From: a virus
Lineage: Duplodnaviria; Caudoviricetes
IMG/VR virus record: IMGVR_UViG_3300037067_019009
Span: 148,669-212,668 of that record
Strand: one strand, 5' to 3'
DNA: 64,000 nt
Part shown: piece by piece, positions 18,366-27,174 of the stretch
Layout of the letters: each line of letters begins with the position of its first letter
Numbering within the stretch: position 1 is the stretch's first letter
Made by a program: the position numbers and the translations under genes
Notes under the pieces: model-generated
Told to the model about the DNA's origin: nothing
Database searches by the model: none
What the model saw: the letters and a program-made list of their open reading frames with translations, nothing else

Positions 18366-19856
18366 GTGATTGATCTACTATTAATTGGTACTGGCGGGGA
18401 TGGACCTGATTCCGTTCCCATTCTCATAGAATCCATAGACCAAGCGTACGATGTGTTTGGGGGGTACTGTTGGGATTGGGTGGACCTGACCTCGTCTTCA
18501 GCGAGTGCCCAACTTTCTCATACGCCGATCTCCGACTTCTCGACTTTTGTCGAGGAGGATGGAGAGTTGGTGGATTACCCTCTGTACACTCTCGAGGCTA
18601 GTGGAGACATCATAACTTTTGAGCCTACGGGAGAAGAGGTATCCGTAGCGCTGAGGTACTTGGCGGCACAAGAAGATACCGCGCTGTATAAAGGTGTGGC
18701 AGAAGCCATGACCACAGTTAATCGGCCAGTCGCTTGTTTCAGGTTAGGTACCGGATCTAAGGCAACACTCGGTATTCAGGTAGGAAGTTCTGAGCTTTTA
18801 CTTCGTTCTTATTATAATGGTGTATTTTATAATACAACATTAGTCAGATCTGCTACGGGAGAGGATGGCTACCAATACCTGTGTATTCGTCCTCCCGCGA
18901 GTAAGGGGCTCGAGCGCCAGTATAAGATCACCTCTGGGCTTTTGGTAAGCGAACTTGCTGATGCTATTGACCTGGACTGGGCCAAGGGGTATTCTCCGAT
19001 TCGAGCCTCATACACCAATGGGGCCGACAATGTGGTGGTAGAAAGTACCCTTTCTTGTTATCTCACAGGAGGGGCGGATGGTGCTGCCGCGTCTGGAGAT
19101 TATAGTGATGCCCTAAGTATCATGGATTTGGCGACTACCAAAGTGGTCACGCTTGTAGGTAAGACATTCGATGATGTGGCTGGAGTACTTACAGATAGCT
19201 TCTTTGAAGATATCGGATACCCAGTCATGTTTGTTCAGGGCGCTTACTACGATCCTGAAACTTTGGCTTCAGCGTATGCTTCTGGATTAGTAGATAACAA
19301 AACTATTTCTAATTGGATGCTTTCTTTGGTAGCTGGGGAAGGTACCTACGATTATCAACCTAGGGGTTCCTATTGGGGAAGCTTGGCTACGTCGTATGCA
19401 GCGCTGTTCGCGGCGTCCAATACCGGAACCACTAGGAAGTCTTTCAGTGTATCTGCTACAAGGCCTGGATTTTCTGCTTCACTTCTAGATATGCTATCTT
19501 CCTATGGCTATATCGCTCCAACGGCAAGTGTTTCTGGAGGGCATGTAGTTTACAGGGGGATCACATCTAATGCAAACTGTTCCGCCATAATACCAATTAC
19601 TTATGGGTTAGTAGTGCGCGGACTTCAGCCTGTTCTAGAGCCGTGCATAGGACAAGCGGAGGTTGATAAGTCGCTGATAGAAACAGCGGTCACGGAACTT
19701 CTTTCAAGTATATCCACTATAAGTGACTATAGCTTTACAGTTACATATTTTCCAGGAAAAGTTTTAGTGGAAATTACAATATTCATTGTTGGAGAAGTAG
19801 AGTCTATAACGTTTTCTGTGGGAGTAGTGACTAGTGGAATATCTACAGTCTCCTAA
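18366..19856 (+). CDS. Tail sheath-like protein (divergent paralog)
   Basis: N-terminal LLLIGTGGDGP...AYDVFG matches sheath VLIIGNAVDGP...ESLFG; LTGGADG; C-terminal VEITIFIVGEVESITFSV. Confidence 0.7.
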   Translation: MIDLLLIGTGGDGPDSVPILIESIDQAYDVFGGYCWDWVDLTSSSASAQLSHTPISDFSTFVEEDGELVDYPLYTLEASGDIITFEPTGEEVSVALRYLAAQEDTALYKGVAEAMTTVNRPVACFRLGTGSKATLGIQVGSSELLLRSYYNGVFYNTTLVRSATGEDGYQYLCIRPPASKGLERQYKITSGLLVSELADAIDLDWAKGYSPIRASYTNGADNVVVESTLSCYLTGGADGAAASGDYSDALSIMDLATTKVVTLVGKTFDDVAGVLTDSFFEDIGYPVMFVQGAYYDPETLASAYASGLVDNKTISNWMLSLVAGEGTYDYQPRGSYWGSLATSYAALFAASNTGTTRKSFSVSATRPGFSASLLDMLSSYGYIAPTASVSGGHVVYRGITSNANCSAIIPITYGLVVRGLQPVLEPCIGQAEVDKSLIETAVTELLSSISTISDYSFTVTYFPGKVLVEITIFIVGEVESITFSVGVVTSGISTVS

Positions 19857-20640
19857 TTGTGTGCCTCTTGTACTTGCTGATTGCATCAAGACTTCGGCAC
19901 TCAGGGGCGTTGTGTTTACTCAAGAGTATCCAGACTCCCCGGTAAAGATTCCTACGATAGTATGGAGAGTGTACCACAGAACTCCAGGAAATGAAGGTAA
20001 GGAAAAGTATGGTCCTAGAGCAAGAGGTGGGCAGCACAATATAAACCACTCTACCGTAGTGCATTACTGGGCGCAATGGAATACTGTAATATACCAATTC
20101 GATTTATTCCATGCAACAAATGCAGCGGTAGATGAACTTATGGAGAAGTTCGAGTTGTTTGCCAAAGAAGTTTCATCCGCTTTGAAGAACATAGGAATAG
20201 AGTATTTCGGGTTTTACGAACAACTTCAAGACTACACACTTCCCACCCCTAAGGAAGTTCCAAGCAGGAGCCTGCGGTATTTGGCTACGTTTTCGGTTAC
20301 GCTTCCTCTATATATACCACGTATCAGGCAGATAGACCGGTTCGTAGCTGTTAACACCTTAGGTAAAAGCTTTGAGGAAAACTCCTTGTCTTTGGTTAGG
20401 GGAGACGAGGATGTAGATAATATCAATCTTCCGCTCGCTGCTATCACTATGATTGCCGACCAACCACTACCTCCAGCCCCTGACTATATAGCCGGGATAG
20501 ACTACGAGCTTACGGTGGCAGAGAATGGACACTCGACAGATATTACTTGGACGCTTGCAGGCAAGCGCCCAGCGGCCGGCTCTACATATTATGTTATGTA
20601 TGGCGACGTAGACGCATTCACGTATACGACTATTACGTAA
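19834..20640 (+). CDS. Tail terminator/completion protein
   Basis: FTQEYP...PTIVWRV...IYQFDLF...VDELMEKFE...RSLRY gpU/gp15-like pattern; directly upstream of the sheath. Confidence 0.55.
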   Translation: MEYLQSPNCVPLVLADCIKTSALRGVVFTQEYPDSPVKIPTIVWRVYHRTPGNEGKEKYGPRARGGQHNINHSTVVHYWAQWNTVIYQFDLFHATNAAVDELMEKFELFAKEVSSALKNIGIEYFGFYEQLQDYTLPTPKEVPSRSLRYLATFSVTLPLYIPRIRQIDRFVAVNTLGKSFEENSLSLVRGDEDVDNINLPLAAITMIADQPLPPAPDYIAGIDYELTVAENGHSTDITWTLAGKRPAAGSTYYVMYGDVDAFTYTTIT

Positions 20641-20652
20641 GGAGAAACTATT

Positions 20653-22545
20653 ATGGCTTTAGACAATATACCGTCCATGACTCTGCATATAGGGGATGGC
20701 GGACTGATTACCGTGGTTGACGAGAGGCCTATTACAGATTCCGTTTTAATCATCGGAAATGCAGTTGATGGGCCTACAGATAGGCCAGTCAGTGTGAATT
20801 CCAGAACAGTGGAATCTCTTTTCGGTCCACTGATATTCAATGACAGCTACGCTCCCAGTTCCGATAAGCCTTATTTAAAAGGTAAGTTTAATGGAAACAC
20901 GCTTGTAAAGGCGTTTTATGAAATAGCGGCCGGAGGCTGCGCTGATATTTATTTATATCGCGTTGGAGGAACTGCTGCTACGGCTTATAGGTGTACTGGA
21001 GATACCTACCCCACCACAATAACCACAAGACCCGCCAGTTCGGATCTTGGCTTTACCATCGACGCTATATATCCAGGAGATGTATATAACGATGTTTTAC
21101 TGACACTGACTCTCTCCTCGACGTCTAGTGGGGTGGCAGATATCACCGCTGCTGTGTTGGACATAACGCAGGCTGGAGATACCAATGGCACGACTACATA
21201 CTGTGATGCTCGAAAAGGCGCGACTGTGTCGTATAACTTGATTACGAACTCTAAGCGAATGATGGACTTCTTCTACGAGGTTAACTCTGATCCACTGAAC
21301 AAGACAATTCGATTGTATATTGCCGGATCGACTTCTCTTGAAGATTCCGCGATCAGCGGCATCGCCGCGGGGCTTTTAGCTTCTTTACCGGCCTCAGCGT
21401 TTCCATTAGATGAAGAGGAATATTATTTCAGGCTTTCCGGGGGAGTGAATGGCACTCGACTAGATGATTACTCAACCACAGGAAGTAAGGGAGTGTCGGG
21501 ACTGTATGCTGATCTTCTGGAAGAGGATACAGGAGCATTTGATATGCTGCAGTCCGTAGAAGCGGATATTTGCTATCTAGCATGCTTGTACGCTGATGAG
21601 AATGTAGGTACCGCGCTGGCTCCTGAGTCGGTGGTAAAAGAGTTTGCTGAGGCGCTTCACGTAGCATCCGTTGAGAACTACCCTATGCGTGGAGTTATAG
21701 GCATATCCACACTAGGAGGGTCCTACACGAGGGCGGCTGTTTCCGCTAGAGTTGGAGAACTAATAGTATCAGCGGATAATGGGGTGCTTTTAAACTCTGC
21801 CGGTAAGGTGAAGCTGGGCACTTATACTAGCCAGTCCGCTGGAGATACTACCTTGTTCGACGGGGTAGATGAAGACACAGGAGAAAATGTAGACTATGGC
21901 CGCTATCTTCAAATAGTGGCAGGACCGGACGCCGTTCTTTCACAGGCCAAACTTGGAACCTATTTAGATTCTCCGGCTGGTTTATACGCTGGGTTGCTAC
22001 CGACTGTAGCACCGTCTAGAGCGGCTACGAATCTTACGCTCCCAGGACTCCAGGGACTTGCTTTTGACTATACGAGACGGGAAGTTAATAAGCTTGCTGG
22101 TGGGCAGCCTTGGGACGACGTAACGTCGACCAGTGGAAAGGGCGGCTCTTACGTAGTATTGAGGCGTAACGCGACAAGAGACATAGTTATCAACTTAGAC
22201 AACACCTGCGCGGGCCGAGAATCGGATTACGCCAATGATCAGGTGCTCAACGTGGTTAACACAGTAGCTAGTGGCGTTAAAAGTATAGTCAGCCCGTTCT
22301 TCGGGCACGGTAACCAGACTGGTACTATTCAGGCGATGCGCACGCAGCTGAGAAACTTCCTGAACACCATGTCAGAGCAAGGTATAATCGCTGGTGGGGA
22401 AGGCAACGGCTACGAGCTGGCTGTCGAATCCAGCAGTCTTGATGCAGTTATCGGACGCGTCAGAATAAGTCTACTTCTCAGACCTGCTATGCAGATCAAA
22501 GAAGTGTTAGTTGTAATCAATGTCGCTCCACCGGCAGGCCAGTAA
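20653..22545 (+). CDS. Major tail sheath protein
   Basis: RBS AAGGAGA; AIYPGDVYND, LSGGVNGT, C-terminal VRISLLLRPAMQIKEVLVVINV. Confidence 0.9.
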   Translation: MALDNIPSMTLHIGDGGLITVVDERPITDSVLIIGNAVDGPTDRPVSVNSRTVESLFGPLIFNDSYAPSSDKPYLKGKFNGNTLVKAFYEIAAGGCADIYLYRVGGTAATAYRCTGDTYPTTITTRPASSDLGFTIDAIYPGDVYNDVLLTLTLSSTSSGVADITAAVLDITQAGDTNGTTTYCDARKGATVSYNLITNSKRMMDFFYEVNSDPLNKTIRLYIAGSTSLEDSAISGIAAGLLASLPASAFPLDEEEYYFRLSGGVNGTRLDDYSTTGSKGVSGLYADLLEEDTGAFDMLQSVEADICYLACLYADENVGTALAPESVVKEFAEALHVASVENYPMRGVIGISTLGGSYTRAAVSARVGELIVSADNGVLLNSAGKVKLGTYTSQSAGDTTLFDGVDEDTGENVDYGRYLQIVAGPDAVLSQAKLGTYLDSPAGLYAGLLPTVAPSRAATNLTLPGLQGLAFDYTRREVNKLAGGQPWDDVTSTSGKGGSYVVLRRNATRDIVINLDNTCAGRESDYANDQVLNVVNTVASGVKSIVSPFFGHGNQTGTIQAMRTQLRNFLNTMSEQGIIAGGEGNGYELAVESSSLDAVIGRVRISLLLRPAMQIKEVLVVINVAPPAGQ

Positions 22546-22564
22546 GGAATAAAGGAGAAGTCTA

Positions 22565-23269
22565 ATGAGTTTTAGAGTCGCTAAAACAGTTCCATCCGGA
22601 AATGCTATATCCATAGCTGGAGACAGTGCGAGCCGTATATATCAAGCATATAGTGGGTGTGATACCATTGCACACATCAACGACGTACAGATTGGCACTC
22701 TTGAAGGCATAACCATCTCTATCACAAGAGAAGTAGTTCCTCAATATACGATGAATGGGCGGGATCCTAAGGGATTCGTCAAAGGCAAACGTGGTATCGC
22801 GGGAACACTGTCGTTTTCGACGTTTGACAGGCACGCCCTTATTTACGACGCTTTCAGGTCCAAGTTCAACGGCACCGGTCCTGGAATGCGTTATGGAAGT
22901 ACTAGACTTATAGAGCTGCTTGATTCCACGCAGCAGTACGCTACCGGTGACAGATACGGCGATCCGGTAACGGTTGATGCTGGAAGAGCAATAAGCAGCC
23001 TAAACTACGGAGGCCGAGCGGACATCCAAGAGTTCATGCGAAGTCGTGTAGTGCAGTACTCCGATGAGATTCCACCATTCAATATTACCCTAACTATGAT
23101 AAACGATAGTGGGGCCGCCTCTTACTTGACCGTGGAGGGGGTTGTAATCGTAAACGAGGCTTACGGGGTTAGTATCGACGACTTGACTTCCTCTAGCGCG
23201 TTTACTTACGTAGCACGGAAAGTGACCCCGCTTACATCTCTTACTGACTTCTTTTACCCAATAAGTTAA
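22565..23269 (+). CDS. Major tail tube protein
   Basis: RBS AAAGGAGA after the sheath gene; YSGCD...ITISITRE...GKRGIAGTLSF...DEIPPFNITL...FTYVAR. Confidence 0.8.
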   Translation: MSFRVAKTVPSGNAISIAGDSASRIYQAYSGCDTIAHINDVQIGTLEGITISITREVVPQYTMNGRDPKGFVKGKRGIAGTLSFSTFDRHALIYDAFRSKFNGTGPGMRYGSTRLIELLDSTQQYATGDRYGDPVTVDAGRAISSLNYGGRADIQEFMRSRVVQYSDEIPPFNITLTMINDSGAASYLTVEGVVIVNEAYGVSIDDLTSSSAFTYVARKVTPLTSLTDFFYPIS

Positions 23270-23289
23270 GAGTTGGTATGTAGTTCTTT

Positions 23290-23333
23290 TAAGGCACCAA
23301 AGAAAAAATATTTCCGCGGTGCCTTATTTTTTG
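23290..23333 (+). terminator. Intrinsic terminator after the tube gene
   Basis: TAAGGCACC/GGTGCCTTA stem followed by TTTTTT. Confidence 0.7.
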
Positions 23334-23337
23334 TGTG

Positions 23338-23356
23338 CCTGCTGCCTATAATATAT
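23338..23356 (+). promoter_or_regulatory. Putative phage promoter, TGCCTATAATA motif copy
   Basis: CCTGCTGCCTATAATATA directly after the terminator; same core as 33498 and 51082. Confidence 0.6.
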
Positions 23357-23364
23357 AATGGAGC

Positions 23365-23979
23365 GTGCGTATGCGCTACGATCAGTATTATGATACCCAC
23401 TCAGCCGTAGAACTTGCGGCATATTTACTTCCTCCTCACGGCACGGGACTGGGAACAGATCCAATTCCTTTTGGAACCTTATCTCTTTTATCCATATCTA
23501 CCCACAGAGATAAGTTCCCAGTCTCAGCCCTTTCGCGTGTACGTCCCAGGGGGTTTACTTCAGGACACTCTACCATCGCTGGAACACTAGCTTTCAACAC
23601 AGTAGACAGGGCTATGTTTACCAGGATAACCGACGAAGCGAACGCTTCTTACTTTACAGACCATGTAAAGGCCGATGAACTTCCTCTGTTTGATATATCT
23701 ATAGTGCTGGTGAATGAGTTTGGGCGTGCAAGCTACTCTACTGTCATTGGTGTTACTTTGTTGGATTGTGGAGTCACCTACTCTCTAGAAAATATATTAC
23801 TTACTGAGAATTATTCGTATATGGCGCTGGATTACGTTCCGCTGCAGCCGTTACTTGGCTACCGTGGAGAGAAAACATCAGCAACTAGGAGCTGGATACA
23901 AACAGTTACTGACGATGTTCCCCTGTCCAGCTCCACTAGTAGCGAGGGTACACTTATAGTGATACCTCCGGTGGTGTAA
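23365..23979 (+). CDS. Tail tube paralog 2 (tube initiator-like)
   Basis: LSISTHRD...RGFTSGHSTIAGTLAF...DELPLFDISIVLVNEFG aligns by eye to the tube protein. Confidence 0.75.
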   Translation: MRMRYDQYYDTHSAVELAAYLLPPHGTGLGTDPIPFGTLSLLSISTHRDKFPVSALSRVRPRGFTSGHSTIAGTLAFNTVDRAMFTRITDEANASYFTDHVKADELPLFDISIVLVNEFGRASYSTVIGVTLLDCGVTYSLENILLTENYSYMALDYVPLQPLLGYRGEKTSATRSWIQTVTDDVPLSSSTSSEGTLIVIPPVV

Positions 23980-23982
23980 AGC

Positions 23983-24816
23983 ATGTTTCCAAAGACTGGT
24001 TTTGTAAAAGGTACTTACCGTGCCCCATCTTACACATATGCAAAGGATGTGCCTAAGTGGGTGATGGTGGATCAGTTCAACTCGAGCTACTACTCAGGCC
24101 TGGATATATCAGTGTACTTCGGCGCGGTGTACATGGATGAAGTCATAAGTCTGCAATACCAAGAGGTAGAGCAGGTAAAGCCCAACTTTAGTTATGCTAG
24201 CTATACGTATAATAGCATATCGAGGGGAGCGCGACTAGTAACGGGCAGCTTTACCATAAACTTTAAGGAGTCCGGTTACCTATATAACCTGTTAAAAACT
24301 TTACGTAATACCGGTACTATGGAGGCCAACCTACAAAGGATGTATAGCGGGGAAGCCGATTACCCATATTCTAAGGAAGCTAAAGATCGGCTGGAGAAGG
24401 TTTCCGTGGTTCAGGATGCATTAGCTAATGACTTCACTTTAGAAGATTTCGTAGCTATAGCGTCATCTGGCTCGAAAGTGTACAACAAAGATAACTATCA
24501 AGAGGTTATGGATCAGCTCGACACGGCTATATGGGAGCCCGCAGCACACTACAATGACAGGGACGTAGTGACAAAGCGCAATTCAGAAACTAAGCGTGGG
24601 GTTGACTTGGATACCGCTAAATTTCGGGGGCCGTCTTTAGGCTTCGATGTAATAATAAAGTATGGCCAACCGGAGGATGCCGGAAAGGGCAAACCCGGTT
24701 GGGGAACCATTGAAACTGTAAGGGGCTGCCACATAACGGGAGTCTCCAAAACGATAGACGATACGGGCAAGAACACCTTGGAAGTCTACTCGTTTGTTGG
24801 GCAGACTGTAGAATAA
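23983..24816 (+). CDS. Tail tube paralog 3 (tube initiator/baseplate-proximal)
   Basis: YYSGLDISVYF...RGARLVTGSFTINF...FDVIIKYG...EVYSFVG. Confidence 0.65.
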   Translation: MFPKTGFVKGTYRAPSYTYAKDVPKWVMVDQFNSSYYSGLDISVYFGAVYMDEVISLQYQEVEQVKPNFSYASYTYNSISRGARLVTGSFTINFKESGYLYNLLKTLRNTGTMEANLQRMYSGEADYPYSKEAKDRLEKVSVVQDALANDFTLEDFVAIASSGSKVYNKDNYQEVMDQLDTAIWEPAAHYNDRDVVTKRNSETKRGVDLDTAKFRGPSLGFDVIIKYGQPEDAGKGKPGWGTIETVRGCHITGVSKTIDDTGKNTLEVYSFVGQTVE

Positions 24817-24828
24817 GGGAGGACGTAT

Positions 24829-25530
24829 TTGATTTACGAAGATATAAACAGCTGTAGTGGGTGTAGGGTTACACCAAACTCTAGGCCGTTATTCACTCAT
24901 ATAGTAGAGAAGCCTAGGGTAGAAAGAGAATATGATGATATCGTAGCTACATTCTTTCCTAGGCTTAAAGATAAGCTACCAGAACTTACCGATGATCTTT
25001 ACATGGAACTCGCTAGGGCAGCAAGGCAGCTGGCGGGCTGCCCTAAACCAGATGAGGTGCCTTACACCAAGTATTTCGACGTTTATGGGATGCGGGGATG
25101 TGCAGCCGAGTATGAAGCAGTCCCTGCTGAATGCAGCCTCTCTCCTGAGACTTTTCATATCCAGTTGGATCTTTTATGCACTTCCACGCCAGATGGTGAA
25201 GCTGACGATATCTGTGATTACATAGGGGCTGTGCTCATGGGATCTCCAATAGTGCTGCCACAAATAAAAGCTGCAGAGGCCTATATTCGGTATGGTGGCA
25301 TACTTACCTCCGCGGGTAGTTATGTCTATGAGCCGCTGGAGAACAGCGAGGCAGCAGATGTTATCGCCGATACTTGTATACTTGGGTACGCGTCTGGATG
25401 CCCTGTTACAGTGTGCCTGTTTACGTCAGTTACGGGCGAACCTGAACTAGTCGCGGAGGCCTACGCTACGTTTCCATCGCCGAACTCTGCGTATGTAACG
25501 GTGGGGTATATGAATCTGGCGCCTAGTTAG
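24829..25530 (+). CDS. Hypothetical Cys-rich protein
   Basis: RBS GGGAGG plus TTG start; N-terminal CSGC. Confidence 0.55.
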   Translation: MIYEDINSCSGCRVTPNSRPLFTHIVEKPRVEREYDDIVATFFPRLKDKLPELTDDLYMELARAARQLAGCPKPDEVPYTKYFDVYGMRGCAAEYEAVPAECSLSPETFHIQLDLLCTSTPDGEADDICDYIGAVLMGSPIVLPQIKAAEAYIRYGGILTSAGSYVYEPLENSEAADVIADTCILGYASGCPVTVCLFTSVTGEPELVAEAYATFPSPNSAYVTVGYMNLAPS

Positions 25531-25573
25531 CAGCCCCTTGTGGCTAACACATATATGTATAGGAGGAAAACCT

Positions 25574-25807
25574 GTGAATGTAGACGAGATGAAAAGGCTT
25601 AGGCAAGAACTGGATCGGGCCATAGAGGAAGCAAAGAAGGCTCCGGCCACTATATCATCTATAGTGGCCATACTCGAAAGGATAGAGAAGCTTCTGGAAA
25701 AGGAGCGTATTACCAGTATTCCATGTCCCTATCCGGTTCCGTATCCTGCGCCATGGACCAACCCGTGGCACCAACCATACTATGTTACGTGGTACACGAG
25801 AACATAG
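25574..25807 (+). CDS. Small coiled-coil protein with Pro/aromatic tail
   Basis: RBS AGGAGG then GTG 25574; PCPYPVPYPAPWTNPW tail. Confidence 0.55.
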   Translation: MNVDEMKRLRQELDRAIEEAKKAPATISSIVAILERIEKLLEKERITSIPCPYPVPYPAPWTNPWHQPYYVTWYTRT

Positions 25808-25895
25808 TATTATGACGGTGGATTGGATGTACGTATCGTCAGTAGCAGCAATAGCTAGCGAGTTGTAGCTCTATGAGGAGAAGGAGAAACAGATT

Positions 25896-26567
25896 TTGGA
25901 TTTTTTAACTCAAGAACAAATTGATACTTTGAAGAAAGAGTATGGTAAACTTTATAAAGTTCCTATATGCGGGACTGATTACATTATCCGTCCGGTGTAC
26001 AAAGCTGATTGGGAAATAGTCACTAAACTTGCTGCGGATAACCCCAGTGTAGGAATGCCGGAGTTAGATGAGAAGCTCGTAGACATCGCGTTAATTGGAC
26101 CCAAGCCGGATGTTACCAAAGGCGGGTGGGCCATAGTGCCGGCGGGAGTTATTCCCACACTGTCGAAATGGATACAGGCGAAGAGTGGGTTCCTGGTTCC
26201 TGATCTCGCCGGGCAGCAGGAGATTTCCAGCGAGCCTATAGGTGGGGACGCTGTCTCTATTTATGGTAAACCGTCAGATGAAGACGTTGCCACGGCTAAG
26301 ACACAAAGCAGTCTCAAACTAAACCTGGTCAGGATAGATGACGATTACTATATCATACGACCTCTTTTGCGACAAGAGTGGAGGGCGATTATGAAGTCCG
26401 CTCCTGAGGACTCAGGAGAAAGGGACTACCTTATAGCACAGAGGTCAGTTGTTTGGCCTAAGAAGGTTAACTGGGACGAGACGCCAGCCGGGTATTGCTC
26501 TAGCATAACTGGGGCCGTAATGAATATTTCCGGATACTCGGGAGTTACCTCTGTAGAAGAGTTGTAA
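25896..26567 (+). CDS. Tail assembly chaperone (two tandem domains)
   Basis: QEQIDTLKKEYG...YIIRP...PAG...SGF unit repeated twice; upstream of the tape-measure-position gene. Confidence 0.75.
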   Translation: MDFLTQEQIDTLKKEYGKLYKVPICGTDYIIRPVYKADWEIVTKLAADNPSVGMPELDEKLVDIALIGPKPDVTKGGWAIVPAGVIPTLSKWIQAKSGFLVPDLAGQQEISSEPIGGDAVSIYGKPSDEDVATAKTQSSLKLNLVRIDDDYYIIRPLLRQEWRAIMKSAPEDSGERDYLIAQRSVVWPKKVNWDETPAGYCSSITGAVMNISGYSGVTSVEEL

Positions 26568-26570
26568 AGC

Positions 26571-27131
26571 ATGGTTACATATGTAACCAGTGTATTAGGA
26601 AAAGATTATCGATATAGGTTGGTTACCCGGCGTGAACTCCGCACTCTTTTTGAGGAGGCGCAAGGGGATCATATTCTATTCGAGGATCTGGTATTCTCGT
26701 TGTCTGTAGTAGAAACCCCAGAGGACTTTCCAGGTTTGGACGAGTGTTTAGCTGGGGTGCCGACAGCTGTCGTCGAGCAGGTGCTGGCGAATAGCGGCTA
26801 TGCTCCCGCCGCAAGTAGCGGGGAGGGCGTAAGGCTTACTCCGCCAGAAGAAAAAGCTTTAGAGTGGGTCAGGGGGGCGCAGAGTCGAGTAGATATGCTT
26901 ATCTGCTTTTGCTTCCCCGGAATTACTTTGAATTCACTAGAGGATATGAATCCTGAGGAGTACCAGAAATATGTAGCTGGGGCTCACATAGTAGCCAGAA
27001 GCCTTTATGGTATGGATATAGCAGCGTTTTTAGATCCAGACTCCGATGGGGCATCTCCTGCTTCAGCGCGTTCTCCTCATCCCCCTGGGCCAATCGAGCC
27101 CTCGGGATCGCCAAACTACCTTTTCGAGTAA
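26571..27131 (+). CDS. Second tail assembly chaperone
   Basis: YRYRLVTRRE...LAGVPTAVVEQVLANSGY (third copy of the domain) plus FPGITLNSLEDMNPEE GT-like C-terminal part. Confidence 0.7.
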   Translation: MVTYVTSVLGKDYRYRLVTRRELRTLFEEAQGDHILFEDLVFSLSVVETPEDFPGLDECLAGVPTAVVEQVLANSGYAPAASSGEGVRLTPPEEKALEWVRGAQSRVDMLICFCFPGITLNSLEDMNPEEYQKYVAGAHIVARSLYGMDIAAFLDPDSDGASPASARSPHPPGPIEPSGSPNYLFE

Positions 27132-27133
27132 AT

Positions 27134-27167
27134 AAAGGGGACTTGCCTTATGGTGAGTCCCTTTTTT
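27134..27167 (+). terminator. Intrinsic terminator directly upstream of the 2101-aa gene
   Basis: GGGGACTTGCC-TTAT-GGTGAGTCCC followed by TTTTTT. Confidence 0.75.
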
Positions 27168-27174
27168 AATAAAT

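Noticed and set aside
24829-24930. Family-4 uracil-DNA glycosylase, suggested by the N-terminal INSCSGC
   Set aside because: The GEAPG and downstream UDG motifs are absent
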